From Myxococcota bacterium (GTDB taxonomy: Bacteria; Myxococcota_A; UBA796; GCA-2862545), in NCBI GenBank assembly GCA_039208735.1, contig JBCCQY010000032.1:1-64000 (forward strand): a stretch of 64,000 bases of DNA, written 5' to 3'. Below are positions 32,400-42,017 of the stretch, piece by piece; position 1 is the stretch's first letter, and every line of letters begins with the position of its first letter. The position numbers and the translations under genes were made by a program. The notes under the pieces were generated by a model, which saw nothing but the letters and a program-made list of their open reading frames with translations, was not told the DNA's origin and made no database searches.

Positions 32400-34927
32400 C
32401 GGCTGCCCTCGGGGTCGGCATTGGGCCTTGGCAGGACCCGGACGGTCAAGGCCTCACCGAGGTCGAGGGACTGCAGGGCCTGCTGCATGGACGCTGGGGT
32501 GACCCCTTGGAGTCGCTCGCGGAGCGCATCGACGCCCACCGGCCGGCCGAGCAGCTCGGACCACGCGAGTTCTGAGGCCCGCCCCGCGACCCGCTGGAGC
32601 CGCATCGCGGCCTGGCCGACCAGCATGCGGCGTACGCGGGCCAGCTCGTCATCGGTGGGTCCGGTGCGGGCCAACTCGACCAGAACCCCACGCAGGGCAC
32701 TGGCGGCTTCCTGCACGCGGTTGGGGTCGGTTGCGAGCCCGGCCGAGAAGGTACCGCCCCCAAGGCCCGCCTCGGACCGGGCCCACACCGAATACGCGAG
32801 CCCTCGCACCTCTCGAAGTTGCAGAAAGAGCCTTCCCGCCTGACTGTCGAGGATCGCGGTGCTGACCGCGAGCGGCGTGCGCCGGGGGTCGTCAAACGCC
32901 ACTCCGCGGGTCCCCATGAGCACGGTGGCTTGTTGGGTGCCCGCGTAGCGCGTGCGGGGGTTTGAGCGGCGGCTTGGGGTGCGTTCGCGGGTCGGCTCGG
33001 CCAGCGTCAGCGGCTTTGAGCCGGTCTCCGTCAAGACCTCGGCCCAGCGCTCGAACTCTGCCAAAACGATGTCGGGGTCGAATCCGCCCGCAACGCCGAT
33101 GATCAGGTTCTCAGGTTGCAGGACATCGTCGTGGATGGTGGCCAGTCGCCCCGGTCGAATGCGCGAAAGGGTCGCCGGGGTACCGAGGATCGGCAGCCGC
33201 CACGGGTGGCGAGGCCACAGCGACCGCCACAGCACTTCGGTGGCGACCGTATCGGACTGGTCCACCTGGGCTGCGAGGTCGTCGAGCATGGCCTCGCGAA
33301 CGTGATTGAAGTCCTCGAGGTCGAACCGAGGATCCGTAATCATGCGGCCGAACAGGGCCAGCGCGGCCTCGCTGTGCACCGCCGGGAAGGTGGCATCGAG
33401 CCCCATGGTGGACCGACCCGCGGTCGCATCGAACGAAAGGGCCAGCGCGTCGGCGCGTTCGGCATAGGTCACGGCATAGTAGGGGCCGGCGCCGCGAATG
33501 ACCGTTCGAGCCCAGGCTTCGGTGCTGCCCGCAAGCCGGGCTTCTTCGAGGCTCTGTCCCCCGAACCCCAGGATCTTGATGCCCACCACTTCGGTGTCGT
33601 CGGGCCACAAGGCTACGGTCATCCCGTGTACATCGACGGTGGTGGGACCGGTCGCGCGCGAGTGCTTCGTCGGAGCGCGGGGCAGGGGCACATCGACGGG
33701 AAGGTGCCGTTCGACGGTCGAGTCCGTGATTTCCCGGTCGATGACCACCACTTGGAGCCGCTCGGGCTCGAGGAACCTTCGAGCCACGCGAGCCACATCG
33801 TCTGCGGTCACCGCGCGAAGGGCTTCGCGGTAGGTGTTCAGCCCATTGGGATGCCCGAGTCGCGCGATAGACCAGGCAAGTTCGCCAGCGATGCCGTCGG
33901 TTGTTTCGGTGGCGAAGAGCAGGTCGGCGAGAAGGCCGTCTCTGGCCCGTTGGACTTCGGCTACGGTGAGCCCTCGCTCGCCCACCGCGGTGAGGGTGTC
34001 GTGGGCGATGGCGAGGGCCGCCTCGGTTTCCCCGCAACAGAAGGTCACCGAGACCATGCCGCCCTGGCGATAGTGCTGGGCTTGTGCCCACACTTGCGAA
34101 GCAACGCCCGCTTGCAGGTCCAGCCGAGTGTGCAGCCGGCTGGCGCCTCCCTGACCAAGTCCCGCTAGCAGCACGTCGAGCGCGGCAACGTCGGGATCGT
34201 CGACGGCGGGTCCGGGGTAGCCCATCTGGACGACGACCGAACCGAAGTCTCGGTCGAGCAAGGTGACTCGGCGATGGGGGTTTTGGGGGCGGCCCAGGGG
34301 GTCGCGTGACTCGCCGATGGGCCACCCTGCCGTCAGTGTCCGAACCTGGTCGCGGACGGCTTGCGGATCGACGGGGCCCGCTACGGAAAGTACGGCGCGG
34401 CCAGGGTGGTAGTGGCGTCGCCAAAACCCCACCAGATCGTCGCGTGACAGGCCTCCGACCGAGGCCTCAGTCCCGATGATGGGTCGCCCATAAGCGTGAT
34501 TGCAGAAGACCTGAGCTTGCAGATGATCTGCCGCCACGCTCTCGGGATCATCGGCGTAGCCACGGAGTTCTTCGAGCACCACCTGCCGCTCGCGTTCCAC
34601 CTCGTCAGGGTCGAACACCGCGTGTTGTGCCATGTCGATGAGGACGTCGAGGACCTCGTTCACACCGTCGGCAAGGGCCGTCGCATGCAGGGTGGTTTCA
34701 TCGAAGCTCGTCCATGCATTGAGATCGCCACCGATCCCTTCGATGGCCGAGGCGGATCCGCCCACCGGACGACGATCTGTGCCCTTGAACAGCAAGTGCT
34801 CCACGAAGTGCGCCGCACCGTGCTCAGTAGGGCCTTCGTCGGCCGCTCCGGCATCAAACCAGAGGTGCGCTGAGACCACGGCCGATTCGGCCAGGGGAGT
34901 CACCGCGATCCACATTCCATTGTCCAA
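32396..34927 (-). CDS. M16 (pitrilysin-family) zinc metallopeptidase, two-module
   Basis: Inverted zinc motif HFVEH, LNAWTSFDET, ERQVVLEE, second module with LREVRGLAYSV. Exact start uncertain. Confidence 0.9.
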   Translation of the reverse strand: MDNGMWIAVTPLAESAVVSAHLWFDAGAADEGPTEHGAAHFVEHLLFKGTDRRPVGGSASAIEGIGGDLNAWTSFDETTLHATALADGVNEVLDVLIDMAQHAVFDPDEVERERQVVLEELRGYADDPESVAADHLQAQVFCNHAYGRPIIGTEASVGGLSRDDLVGFWRRHYHPGRAVLSVAGPVDPQAVRDQVRTLTAGWPIGESRDPLGRPQNPHRRVTLLDRDFGSVVVQMGYPGPAVDDPDVAALDVLLAGLGQGGASRLHTRLDLQAGVASQVWAQAQHYRQGGMVSVTFCCGETEAALAIAHDTLTAVGERGLTVAEVQRARDGLLADLLFATETTDGIAGELAWSIARLGHPNGLNTYREALRAVTADDVARVARRFLEPERLQVVVIDREITDSTVERHLPVDVPLPRAPTKHSRATGPTTVDVHGMTVALWPDDTEVVGIKILGFGGQSLEEARLAGSTEAWARTVIRGAGPYYAVTYAERADALALSFDATAGRSTMGLDATFPAVHSEAALALFGRMITDPRFDLEDFNHVREAMLDDLAAQVDQSDTVATEVLWRSLWPRHPWRLPILGTPATLSRIRPGRLATIHDDVLQPENLIIGVAGGFDPDIVLAEFERWAEVLTETGSKPLTLAEPTRERTPSRRSNPRTRYAGTQQATVLMGTRGVAFDDPRRTPLAVSTAILDSQAGRLFLQLREVRGLAYSVWARSEAGLGGGTFSAGLATDPNRVQEAASALRGVLVELARTGPTDDELARVRRMLVGQAAMRLQRVAGRASELAWSELLGRPVGVDALRERLQGVTPASMQQALQSLDLGEALTVRVLPRPNADPEGSR

Positions 34928-34944
34928 TCGCTGGACGTCGGCTT

Positions 34945-36438
34945 CTACGGGGCCTCCTCGTCCCCCCGCGAGAGGCTACGGGGACAGTCGGGGCGGGACG
35001 CGAATACGTACCAGCCCACTTCGTCAGCCCAGTATTCTCCTTGCCAGGGCCACGGACGGAAGCCCTTCCGTTTGCGGAGTTTGCGAAGGCGTTGTGTGTT
35101 GTCGACCGTCTCGAGTTCGCCAGTCGCCGCGGCGCGCTGGAGCATCTCGGCTTCCATCGTCAACAGGTCGACCCGCGCAAGCTCGATGTCGGTGAGCATG
35201 TTGTACAGCTCGTCACGGAAGGTCCGCACCTTGCGCCATGCGCGGGCTCCCTCGGTTTCGATCCGCGCATCGCGCTGAGGCTTCAGCAGCGAGGCGGCGA
35301 CTGTACCGAGTTCACCCGCGTCCTCGGTCTGGGCGAGTTCCTTAGTGGCTCGGTCCACGCTGGCCAGGGCCTGGCTCATTCGGGGTTCCGCGCGGAAGCT
35401 ACGCAGTGCGGAGGGCGGAATCGGCTGTTCGTTGCCTTCTCGGAACGCGCGCACCGCGTTGAGTGCATCGGAACCTGATTGGTCGGACAGGGCATCGATC
35501 GTGTCGATGACGGGCTGCCAACGCTGCTGGAAGCCTTCCATCTCGGCGGATGCCTGACCGAACTTGCACATCAGGAACAGTGAATAGGCCCGCAGCAGGT
35601 CTGCTTCAGGGTCGAATCGCTCCTGAAAGAACGGGGCTTGGTGATTGTGGAGCATCGCCAACGCTCCGTTGGTGTCCTGGCCCCGGAAGTGCGACCAGGC
35701 CCGTTCGAACTGGGCCTCGAGCCAGGAGTCAGAGGTGCGTGGGACCTTCGCATAAAACTCGATGGCCCGTCCGAAGTCGCCCGATGCATAGAACGCACGG
35801 GCCACATTGAGATGGGTGCGTTCCAGGAATTCGGGGTCGGGCGGATCCTGCTTCCGAGCCAGGGCTTCGGCGGTGAGCAGTGGAGCCACCGCATCGGTGA
35901 ATCGTTCCTGCTGGCTAAGCACCACGCCACGAAGCATTTCGAGGTCGCCGAAACCCGGCTGCTCGAATTGGCCGCCCTCGGCGATCGCCAAGGCAGGGCC
36001 GTAGTCGCCTTGGCGGAGGAGCCAGCGTACGGCCATGGCTCGGACGCGATTGGTCAGTTCGTTAGGGACGGGAAGATCAGGGTTCTCTGAGAGAACTTTG
36101 CCGATCATGCCGTCTTCACCCACCTCTGAGGCCAGGTCAAGCATGGAGCCGATCTGGGCGATGCCGTAGGCAGGGTCGAGGTCGAACCCTTTCGAAAAGG
36201 CTGCGATCGCCGAGAGTTTCCATTCTCGACGTGCGAACTGCGTGGACAACATGGCCCAAGCCTGTCCGTGGGCGCCCGCCTTGGCGTCATCCTTCACGAT
36301 GCTGAGCAATGCATCGGTCATCTTGTCTTCGTCGCCTGCGGCGGCTGCGGACAGCACCTCGGCAAAGGTCTCGGCCCGTTCCGCGTCCGACATCTCGGGC
36401 GTCGTGCTGGCCAGGCTTAGCGCACACCACCACCACAT
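34945..36438 (-). CDS. gltC: GltC-like TPR protein
   Basis: TPR-like helices; EAQFERAWS and C-terminal WPWQGEYWADEVGWY...C, as in myxobacterial GltC; follows a GltA/B-like barrel. Confidence 0.7.
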   Translation of the reverse strand: MWWWCALSLASTTPEMSDAERAETFAEVLSAAAAGDEDKMTDALLSIVKDDAKAGAHGQAWAMLSTQFARREWKLSAIAAFSKGFDLDPAYGIAQIGSMLDLASEVGEDGMIGKVLSENPDLPVPNELTNRVRAMAVRWLLRQGDYGPALAIAEGGQFEQPGFGDLEMLRGVVLSQQERFTDAVAPLLTAEALARKQDPPDPEFLERTHLNVARAFYASGDFGRAIEFYAKVPRTSDSWLEAQFERAWSHFRGQDTNGALAMLHNHQAPFFQERFDPEADLLRAYSLFLMCKFGQASAEMEGFQQRWQPVIDTIDALSDQSGSDALNAVRAFREGNEQPIPPSALRSFRAEPRMSQALASVDRATKELAQTEDAGELGTVAASLLKPQRDARIETEGARAWRKVRTFRDELYNMLTDIELARVDLLTMEAEMLQRAAATGELETVDNTQRLRKLRKRKGFRPWPWQGEYWADEVGWYVFASRPDCPRSLSRGDEEAP

Positions 36439-36439
36439 G

Positions 36440-37096
36440 TCAGCTGCCCTGGCCGGTGAAGAACACCAAGCCTGCCGTCACGTTCGCGTTCTGCTTGAAG
36501 TCAAGGGTGTTCGTGAGCGAACGCGGCTGGAGCAACAGATCATCGCGGAACTCGACTTTCAGCGAGGCGGTTTTGCCGAGGAAGAACCGTGTGCCAATGC
36601 CTGGTGAAAGCGTGGGCGCAATTGGGGTTCCGCCGCCCGGCAACAAGGATTCCTCGAGGGTCGCCCCTCCACGGAGCGCGAAGTACACGTCGAAGTGCAC
36701 GACCTTGGCCCCGTTGAGGTTGAGCTTCGCATAGATCGGGGAGACTTCGATGCCCGCAAGCGCAGATGCGAGGTAGCGGTACGCGTTGGGAGCGACGCCA
36801 AACGTAGGCGACTCCAGCTCGCGGTACACACCGCTCTTGAAGCCGTAGCCACCGCCCGCGACCACCGAGAACGCAAGGCTTTCGTTGAGGTGCACCGCAA
36901 GCGACAGCTGGGCGTTCGGTGAGGTGAGGTACGCATCGAACGGCATGACCCCGACGTGGATGCCGAATTCGGTACGGCCATCCTTGGGGTACAGCAACTT
37001 TTGGACGACCGTGATGTCCTCATCACGGATCATTCCAATGTCAATGGTTTCTTGAGCCCCGGCAACGGAGGCCCAAACAAGCAGGCTACTCAACAT
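36440..37096 (-). CDS. Outer-membrane beta-barrel, GltA/GltB-like
   Basis: Signal peptide; VVQKLLYPKDGRTE, SPIYAKLNL...VVHFDVY, terminal GLVFF, typical of the myxobacterial OMP family that includes GltA/B. Confidence 0.75.
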   Translation of the reverse strand: MLSSLLVWASVAGAQETIDIGMIRDEDITVVQKLLYPKDGRTEFGIHVGVMPFDAYLTSPNAQLSLAVHLNESLAFSVVAGGGYGFKSGVYRELESPTFGVAPNAYRYLASALAGIEVSPIYAKLNLNGAKVVHFDVYFALRGGATLEESLLPGGGTPIAPTLSPGIGTRFFLGKTASLKVEFRDDLLLQPRSLTNTLDFKQNANVTAGLVFFTGQGS

Positions 37097-37126
37097 GGCG
37101 ACTCCCGGCCGGCAGGTCCGGACGGC

Positions 37127-38407
37127 TTAGAACGGAAGGTCGATCGGAATTCCGTCGATGGGCTGGTAGAAGACCTCAACCACCGATTCGTACGGCGGGA
37201 TCGCATTTCCGTGGAACTCGATGCTGTTGTCCCCGGCGCGATAGCTCCAACCATCGGAGAAGACGGGCAGTCCGAACTCGTCGGTGTCGACGACGCTGCC
37301 CTCAGCTACGTTTTCGCCATCGACTTGGACGATGATGGTGCCGGGAACGGGGACCGACTGCAGTGGGAAACTGGTGAGGAAGTTGCGGAGCAGGTCGGAC
37401 AATGCACCCAACGCTTCATCGAAGGGCCGCAAGTCGCAGTCGTCGTCGAACAAGTCGATGACCGCGCCGCCTGTGGTCTTGGCGAGGAAGTGGTAGCGCT
37501 GCACCGCCCAGTCGGATGCCGCCGACGGACACCGCACCTCGTTCTGTTCGTTGAGTTCCTGGCCGATGAGGACCCACGTGATGTTCCGACCAAACTGGTC
37601 GAACAAACGATCGTATTCGTCAGGAATCGGCTCGCGGAACTGACGACGAGAGCTGTCGCCTTCGTCGCTCACGATGACGACGAGGAAGTTCGAATCGTCG
37701 CGCAGCAGGGTTGCGTTGGTTTCCGACTCGGCCCGGCTGAGGAGCGGCGTGATCTTACGGTCCTGCTCTTCGTCGTACACTTCGGCGAAGCAGGCTTCGG
37801 GCGGATTCGGAACCGCCCGACACATCGCGAGGAACACCGCTTCGAGGGCTTCCTCACGGGCTTCGCCACAGTTGCCGAGGAACCCCCCGCCGCAGGTGCA
37901 CTCGAGAAATTCCTGCGAGACCACGCCGGTCAGGGGATCACCGCAGGTGTAGCTGGGATCTGACGAGGGGGGAGCGGCTTCGGTGAAGCACACCGCCTCG
38001 CAGGCCAGCTGTTCGACGAACTTGTCTTCAATCCGCCGTTCGTTCCGCGAAATCACAGGGCCGACCAGGCCGCCACGATTGTCGTCGGCGTCGGTGGTGG
38101 TGATCGCGAAGCGGTAGTCGATGAACAGCCCGCGATCCTGGATGAAATCGATGTAGTTGTCGACCGCATCGGACAAGTCATCGAATTCGCGATTGCGTGA
38201 GGCGTCTCCGAGTTCTGCCACGAATCCGGCAAAGTTGACGGCGAGCGCCTCGGAGATGTCTTGCATCGACTCCGAGTTGTCGATCACGAAGAGCACATCG
38301 GCCCGGTTCGTAAATGTGGCCTGCTCGTAGCCCGAAATGCGAAACAGGTCGTAGCGGTTGCAGGACGTGGCCAGCAGGGCCAGCCCAATCATGGTGAGCA
38401 CGCGCAC
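37127..38407 (-). CDS. Cys-rich VWA-domain lipoprotein (CglB-like adhesin candidate)
   Basis: Lipobox LATSC; MIDAS motif DVLFVIDNSESM; AITTTD, VIVSDEGD, TGG; C-terminal DGWSY...F beta domain. Confidence 0.72.
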   Translation of the reverse strand: MRVLTMIGLALLATSCNRYDLFRISGYEQATFTNRADVLFVIDNSESMQDISEALAVNFAGFVAELGDASRNREFDDLSDAVDNYIDFIQDRGLFIDYRFAITTTDADDNRGGLVGPVISRNERRIEDKFVEQLACEAVCFTEAAPPSSDPSYTCGDPLTGVVSQEFLECTCGGGFLGNCGEAREEALEAVFLAMCRAVPNPPEACFAEVYDEEQDRKITPLLSRAESETNATLLRDDSNFLVVIVSDEGDSSRRQFREPIPDEYDRLFDQFGRNITWVLIGQELNEQNEVRCPSAASDWAVQRYHFLAKTTGGAVIDLFDDDCDLRPFDEALGALSDLLRNFLTSFPLQSVPVPGTIIVQVDGENVAEGSVVDTDEFGLPVFSDGWSYRAGDNSIEFHGNAIPPYESVVEVFYQPIDGIPIDLPF

Positions 38408-38433
38408 GAGACCCTCCCGAGGAGCGACAGCGT

Positions 38434-38461
38434 ATCGTACGTGGCGTCAAGCCCAGGTCAA
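38434..38461 (-). promoter_or_regulatory. Sigma70-type promoter upstream of the VWA-gltA/B-gltC run
   Basis: Minus strand TTGACC-N16-TACGAT, followed by RBS GGGAGG and the GTG at 38407. Confidence 0.5.
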
Positions 38462-38462
38462 G

Positions 38463-39581
38463 TCACGTCTGTACCAGACCGTGGATGACGTTGAAGGCAT
38501 GGGTCACTTGATGGTGAGGGCGAATGCCTCTTTTGTGGTGAAAGCCTAAGAGCCCATTCCACACATCGGTGATGTCGGCGCGCAGGGTCTCGTAGTCGCG
38601 CCGTTCAACGAGCTTGCGCAGCTGTTGGACGGCCGGCGGCAAGTCCGCCCCCTCGTAGCAGGCGACGATGCGTCCGAGTGCATCCGAAAGCCGCTGGTGC
38701 AGCTCAGCGTCGGCCTGGGTCGCGATCACCTCGTTGACCATGGGCTCGAAGCTGCCAAACGAAACGGACAGCGAGGGGTCGTCTTCTTCCTCTTCCCCAC
38801 GCCGGCGCGGGGGGGGAGGCGCCGACGGTGGGTGGGCGGGGGTGGTCGACGGACTGTTCGGGGCTCCACGGTTCCGTTCGTGGGGGACCGGCGTGGCGGA
38901 CCTCACATAGGTCGGTGGGGTTGCCGTCGATGGCGCTGCCGTGCGCATGGGTGCGGGGGGAGCGGTTGGAGGGGGCGGAGGTGCCACCTCGCCGTGGAGA
39001 TCTTCGACCGAAGGGGGCGCGCTCACCCGCTGATTGGGCCGAGGGGTTGGCGCTTGATCTGGACTGGGGGTGCCCAGCCGTGCGAGGCCCCGTTCGGCAA
39101 GAAACGTGTCTGCGTTGCCGAACATGTCATGGTAGTCGGCAACCGAGAATCCGCCCTTGATCTTGGTGGCACCTCGTTCGTTGCGACTTTCAATGACGGT
39201 CACCCGACCGAACGCCTTCGGATCGAGATGGATGACCGGTGCGATGATCGCATCGGCGGTGATGTGGGCCGCCCCGATCGTGATGGATTCCGACGCTGAA
39301 ATCGCCATGCAGGAGATGCGTTGACGTCCCAACACCACATGACGACCATGGATATGGCCGCCTTCGATGTCGCCACGCACGCGGACCGTGCCCCCAGCCC
39401 GCAGGCTGCCGGTGATTCGGGGGAGCCGGACCTCGAGGTCTCCGCCCGCTTCGACCAACGCAAAGCCAGGCTCGAGGCTCTCCTGCAGGTCGATGTCGCC
39501 GTCGTAGGCGAGATGGAACCCGTCCTCGGTCAACCGCATGGTGACTCCGGAAGGAAGGACGAACGGAGGAGACTGAGCCAT
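38463..39581 (-). CDS. Bactofilin-like beta-helix protein with Pro-rich linker and helical C-terminal domain
   Basis: RBS AAGGAG; beta-helix-like repeats (VEAGGDLEV, ITGSLRAGGTVRVRGDIEG, ISASESITI); long Pro-rich linker. Confidence 0.55.
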   Translation of the reverse strand: MAQSPPFVLPSGVTMRLTEDGFHLAYDGDIDLQESLEPGFALVEAGGDLEVRLPRITGSLRAGGTVRVRGDIEGGHIHGRHVVLGRQRISCMAISASESITIGAAHITADAIIAPVIHLDPKAFGRVTVIESRNERGATKIKGGFSVADYHDMFGNADTFLAERGLARLGTPSPDQAPTPRPNQRVSAPPSVEDLHGEVAPPPPPTAPPAPMRTAAPSTATPPTYVRSATPVPHERNRGAPNSPSTTPAHPPSAPPPPRRRGEEEEDDPSLSVSFGSFEPMVNEVIATQADAELHQRLSDALGRIVACYEGADLPPAVQQLRKLVERRDYETLRADITDVWNGLLGFHHKRGIRPHHQVTHAFNVIHGLVQT

Positions 39582-39627
39582 CGGTGCGCACTCCTTCGCG
39601 CACCGTAAGCGGAATGGGATGCTCTCG

Positions 39628-40659
39628 CTACCGCTTCGGCAAGGGAGCTTTGGGGCCAAGCTCGGGAATGGCTCGTCCGAGTCCGCTCGCCAAAAAGGCT
39701 TCGACCGATTCGGTGGTCAGCGCCTGGGCTCCTTCGAGATCGCCCGCTTGTTCTCGCAAGCGAGCCAGCAGCGCCAAATGCAAGGGGGTCGCGGTGGCCG
39801 AGCGAAGGGCCTCGGCGAGGGTGCGCGCAGGTTCGGACCCTTCACGGCGCCACAGCACTAAGATGCGCACCGCATCGGCCTGAGCGCGCACCGCATTGGC
39901 GTATGGACTTTCGAACGCCTGCGCGAGATGTGCCTCGGCGTCACGGGGATCTTGTCCGAGCAGCAGGCTTGCCATGGCCCGACCGGTGGTGGCCCACGCG
40001 GCCGCCTCTCCGTCATCGATGCCTTCGAACCACCCTAAGGCTTCGAGACCCTGACCCTGCTGGAGCTGAGTAAAGGCGATCGACAACTGGGCTGTCATCC
40101 GAACTTGTTTGGGAGAAAGCGGACTCTGGGCAAGGGTGCGCAAGCTGGCCAAGGCGTCGGCGTTGGGGGGGGGCGCCAGTGCTTCGAGCGCCCGCGTCAG
40201 TCGATGCTGCGCCCACACGCGAAGACCCGCAAATGCCAGTGCGAGGGCCAAGAGCCCGAACAGCACTGCGGGCACTGCCGAGTTCATCGCCACACTTACG
40301 ATGACCACCAGCCACAGCGACGCGGGAAGCGCCAAGGCGATGGGTACCCCGAGCAGTGCGCCATGGAGCGGACGGTCGGAGATGCCATGGCCGTCGACCA
40401 GCTCCGGGCGTCGCGCGGATTGGGCCCGCTCGATCACCAGGGCCAACGCGCCCGTGCCGAGCCCGGCGAGCAGCCCGAAGATGCCGAGCCGGGCGGCTGC
40501 GTCCGGGGTCCCCAAGATCTGGATGGTGACGCCGATCGCAGTGCCCACCGCGGTCGTGGCCAGTCCCCAGGCCCCCACGACCGACGCCCACCGCCGGGTC
40601 GCGATGCGCTCGCGGGTGACGGTCCGCGACGCCGCTGGGGGATCGAAGGGACGACTCAT
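39628..40659 (-). CDS. Membrane protein (4 TM) with TPR-like C-terminus
   Basis: Hydrophobic N-terminal half, helical repeats in the C-terminal half; RBS spacing from the upstream gene. Confidence 0.65.
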   Translation of the reverse strand: MSRPFDPPAASRTVTRERIATRRWASVVGAWGLATTAVGTAIGVTIQILGTPDAAARLGIFGLLAGLGTGALALVIERAQSARRPELVDGHGISDRPLHGALLGVPIALALPASLWLVVIVSVAMNSAVPAVLFGLLALALAFAGLRVWAQHRLTRALEALAPPPNADALASLRTLAQSPLSPKQVRMTAQLSIAFTQLQQGQGLEALGWFEGIDDGEAAAWATTGRAMASLLLGQDPRDAEAHLAQAFESPYANAVRAQADAVRILVLWRREGSEPARTLAEALRSATATPLHLALLARLREQAGDLEGAQALTTESVEAFLASGLGRAIPELGPKAPLPKR

Positions 40660-40666
40660 GGGAGCA

Positions 40667-41497
40667 TCAAGGGTCCTCGACCAAGAACATCGGCGCCCGT
40701 TGGGTCACGGTGAAGGGTCCGAACTCTTTGCGCAACGTTTGGACATGCCCGACCACGTCGCCACTGACGATGGTACGCGCATACTCGGACGACGTCGCGG
40801 TCATCGGGCCAGGCAATGGGGCCTTGCCGATCCATTCCTGTTGTTCCAGGTAGTTGGCCCGCTGCCAAGCACGCTCCACCTGAGGCCACATCGCGCCAAG
40901 GGCTCCCAGAGCACGCTGGACGTCGGCGGGACCTTCATCGAAACGCTTCTGGACTGCACGGTAGACCCCCACCCGGTCGGCGACGCTGATGCGAAGCGCA
41001 GTTCCGCCTTGGACTTCGCGGCACAGCGAGGCGTAGCGGATCCAGGCTTCGACGTCGGCTTCGGTCAGCGAGACCTGGGCTTTGTCCGCGGACCCCCACG
41101 TGGGCAGCACCTTCGTCTGCAACTGAACCAGGTCGTCGGTCCCTTGCACCAGGCCCTGACCGTGAAGTGCCGCAAACACCTCGCGGCTTCGGCGGTCGGT
41201 GGCGTCCGCCCCTTTCAGGCTCATCATCGACAGTCCGGCGTTGCGAACCTCGTCGAGCAGCGCCACCGTGCCCTTGGGATCTGCGTCGAATCGCGACACT
41301 AAGGCCCGGCGCGTCAAACGCCGGTCGGCGAGGGGCAACGGCGAGGCGCGCAACAGTTCCCAGTACTCGACGAGCCAATCCGCGCGACGACAGTCCAGCA
41401 CGGTCGCATCGCGTTCCCGCAGTACCGTGGTGGGTTCTTCGCAACGAACGTCGGGACCTCCGCACCCGGTGAGCAGGGCGACGATGAGCCCGATCAC
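40667..41497 (-). CDS. Hypothetical lipoprotein
   Basis: Lipobox LLTGC; GTGA overlap with the upstream gene. Confidence 0.65.
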   Translation of the reverse strand: MIGLIVALLTGCGGPDVRCEEPTTVLRERDATVLDCRRADWLVEYWELLRASPLPLADRRLTRRALVSRFDADPKGTVALLDEVRNAGLSMMSLKGADATDRRSREVFAALHGQGLVQGTDDLVQLQTKVLPTWGSADKAQVSLTEADVEAWIRYASLCREVQGGTALRISVADRVGVYRAVQKRFDEGPADVQRALGALGAMWPQVERAWQRANYLEQQEWIGKAPLPGPMTATSSEYARTIVSGDVVGHVQTLRKEFGPFTVTQRAPMFLVEDP

Positions 41498-41967
41498 GCG
41501 CTGGTTCCCGTCACCCAGTAGGGCGAGCCCATCAGCTGCATCTTGAGCTGTTGGATTTCGGACGGACGCAGCTCAAAGGTCTGGGGTTGGCCCGTGCGCG
41601 GGTCGCGCTGGGTGGCGAACCAGCGTTCACCGACCTTTGACTTGTAGAGGATGAGACCTCGTGGGTCTTCGTAGACCATGTCGAGATCGCCAGGTTGCAG
41701 GGGGCCCTCGGGGGCCTTTTCAGCCTCCGGTTCGGGCTCGGGATCGGGTTCGGGAGGGGTCAACGTTTCGATGACCGCCTCGACTTCCCAACGGAGTTCG
41801 AGGTCATCGATGGCGCGGGACTTCATCTCGAGGTGGGACAGCACGGTCGACACATCGTCGAACTGCTGGCCGAGGGCCACGAGTTCCTCCTTGATGGACT
41901 CGCGCTCCTTCCAGCTGGCAGCGGCAAGGCGGTCGAGAACCGCGTCGAGCGCGTCAAAGGCGGGCAT
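41494..41967 (-). CDS. Hypothetical two-domain protein with PE-rich linker
   Basis: RBS GGAGG then ATG at 41967; strong codon bias. Confidence 0.7.
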   Translation of the reverse strand: MPAFDALDAVLDRLAAASWKERESIKEELVALGQQFDDVSTVLSHLEMKSRAIDDLELRWEVEAVIETLTPPEPDPEPEPEAEKAPEGPLQPGDLDMVYEDPRGLILYKSKVGERWFATQRDPRTGQPQTFELRPSEIQQLKMQLMGSPYWVTGTSA

Positions 41968-42005
41968 GGGTGCCTCCGGGGTTCGTTGACCTCGAAGTAT
42001 CAAGG

Positions 42006-42011
42006 TAGGCT
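42006..42011 (+). promoter_or_regulatory. -10 box of a probable leaderless transcript
   Basis: TAGGCT-GCGCCC-GTG (start 42018) with no SD sequence. Confidence 0.45.
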
Positions 42012-42017
42012 GCGCCC

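Noticed and set aside
34927..34960. Non-canonical GTA start for the M16 peptidase after GAGGAGG
   Set aside because: The GAGGAGG is also explained by gltC Glu codons, and the TTG at 34927 is adequate; cannot be resolved from sequence.
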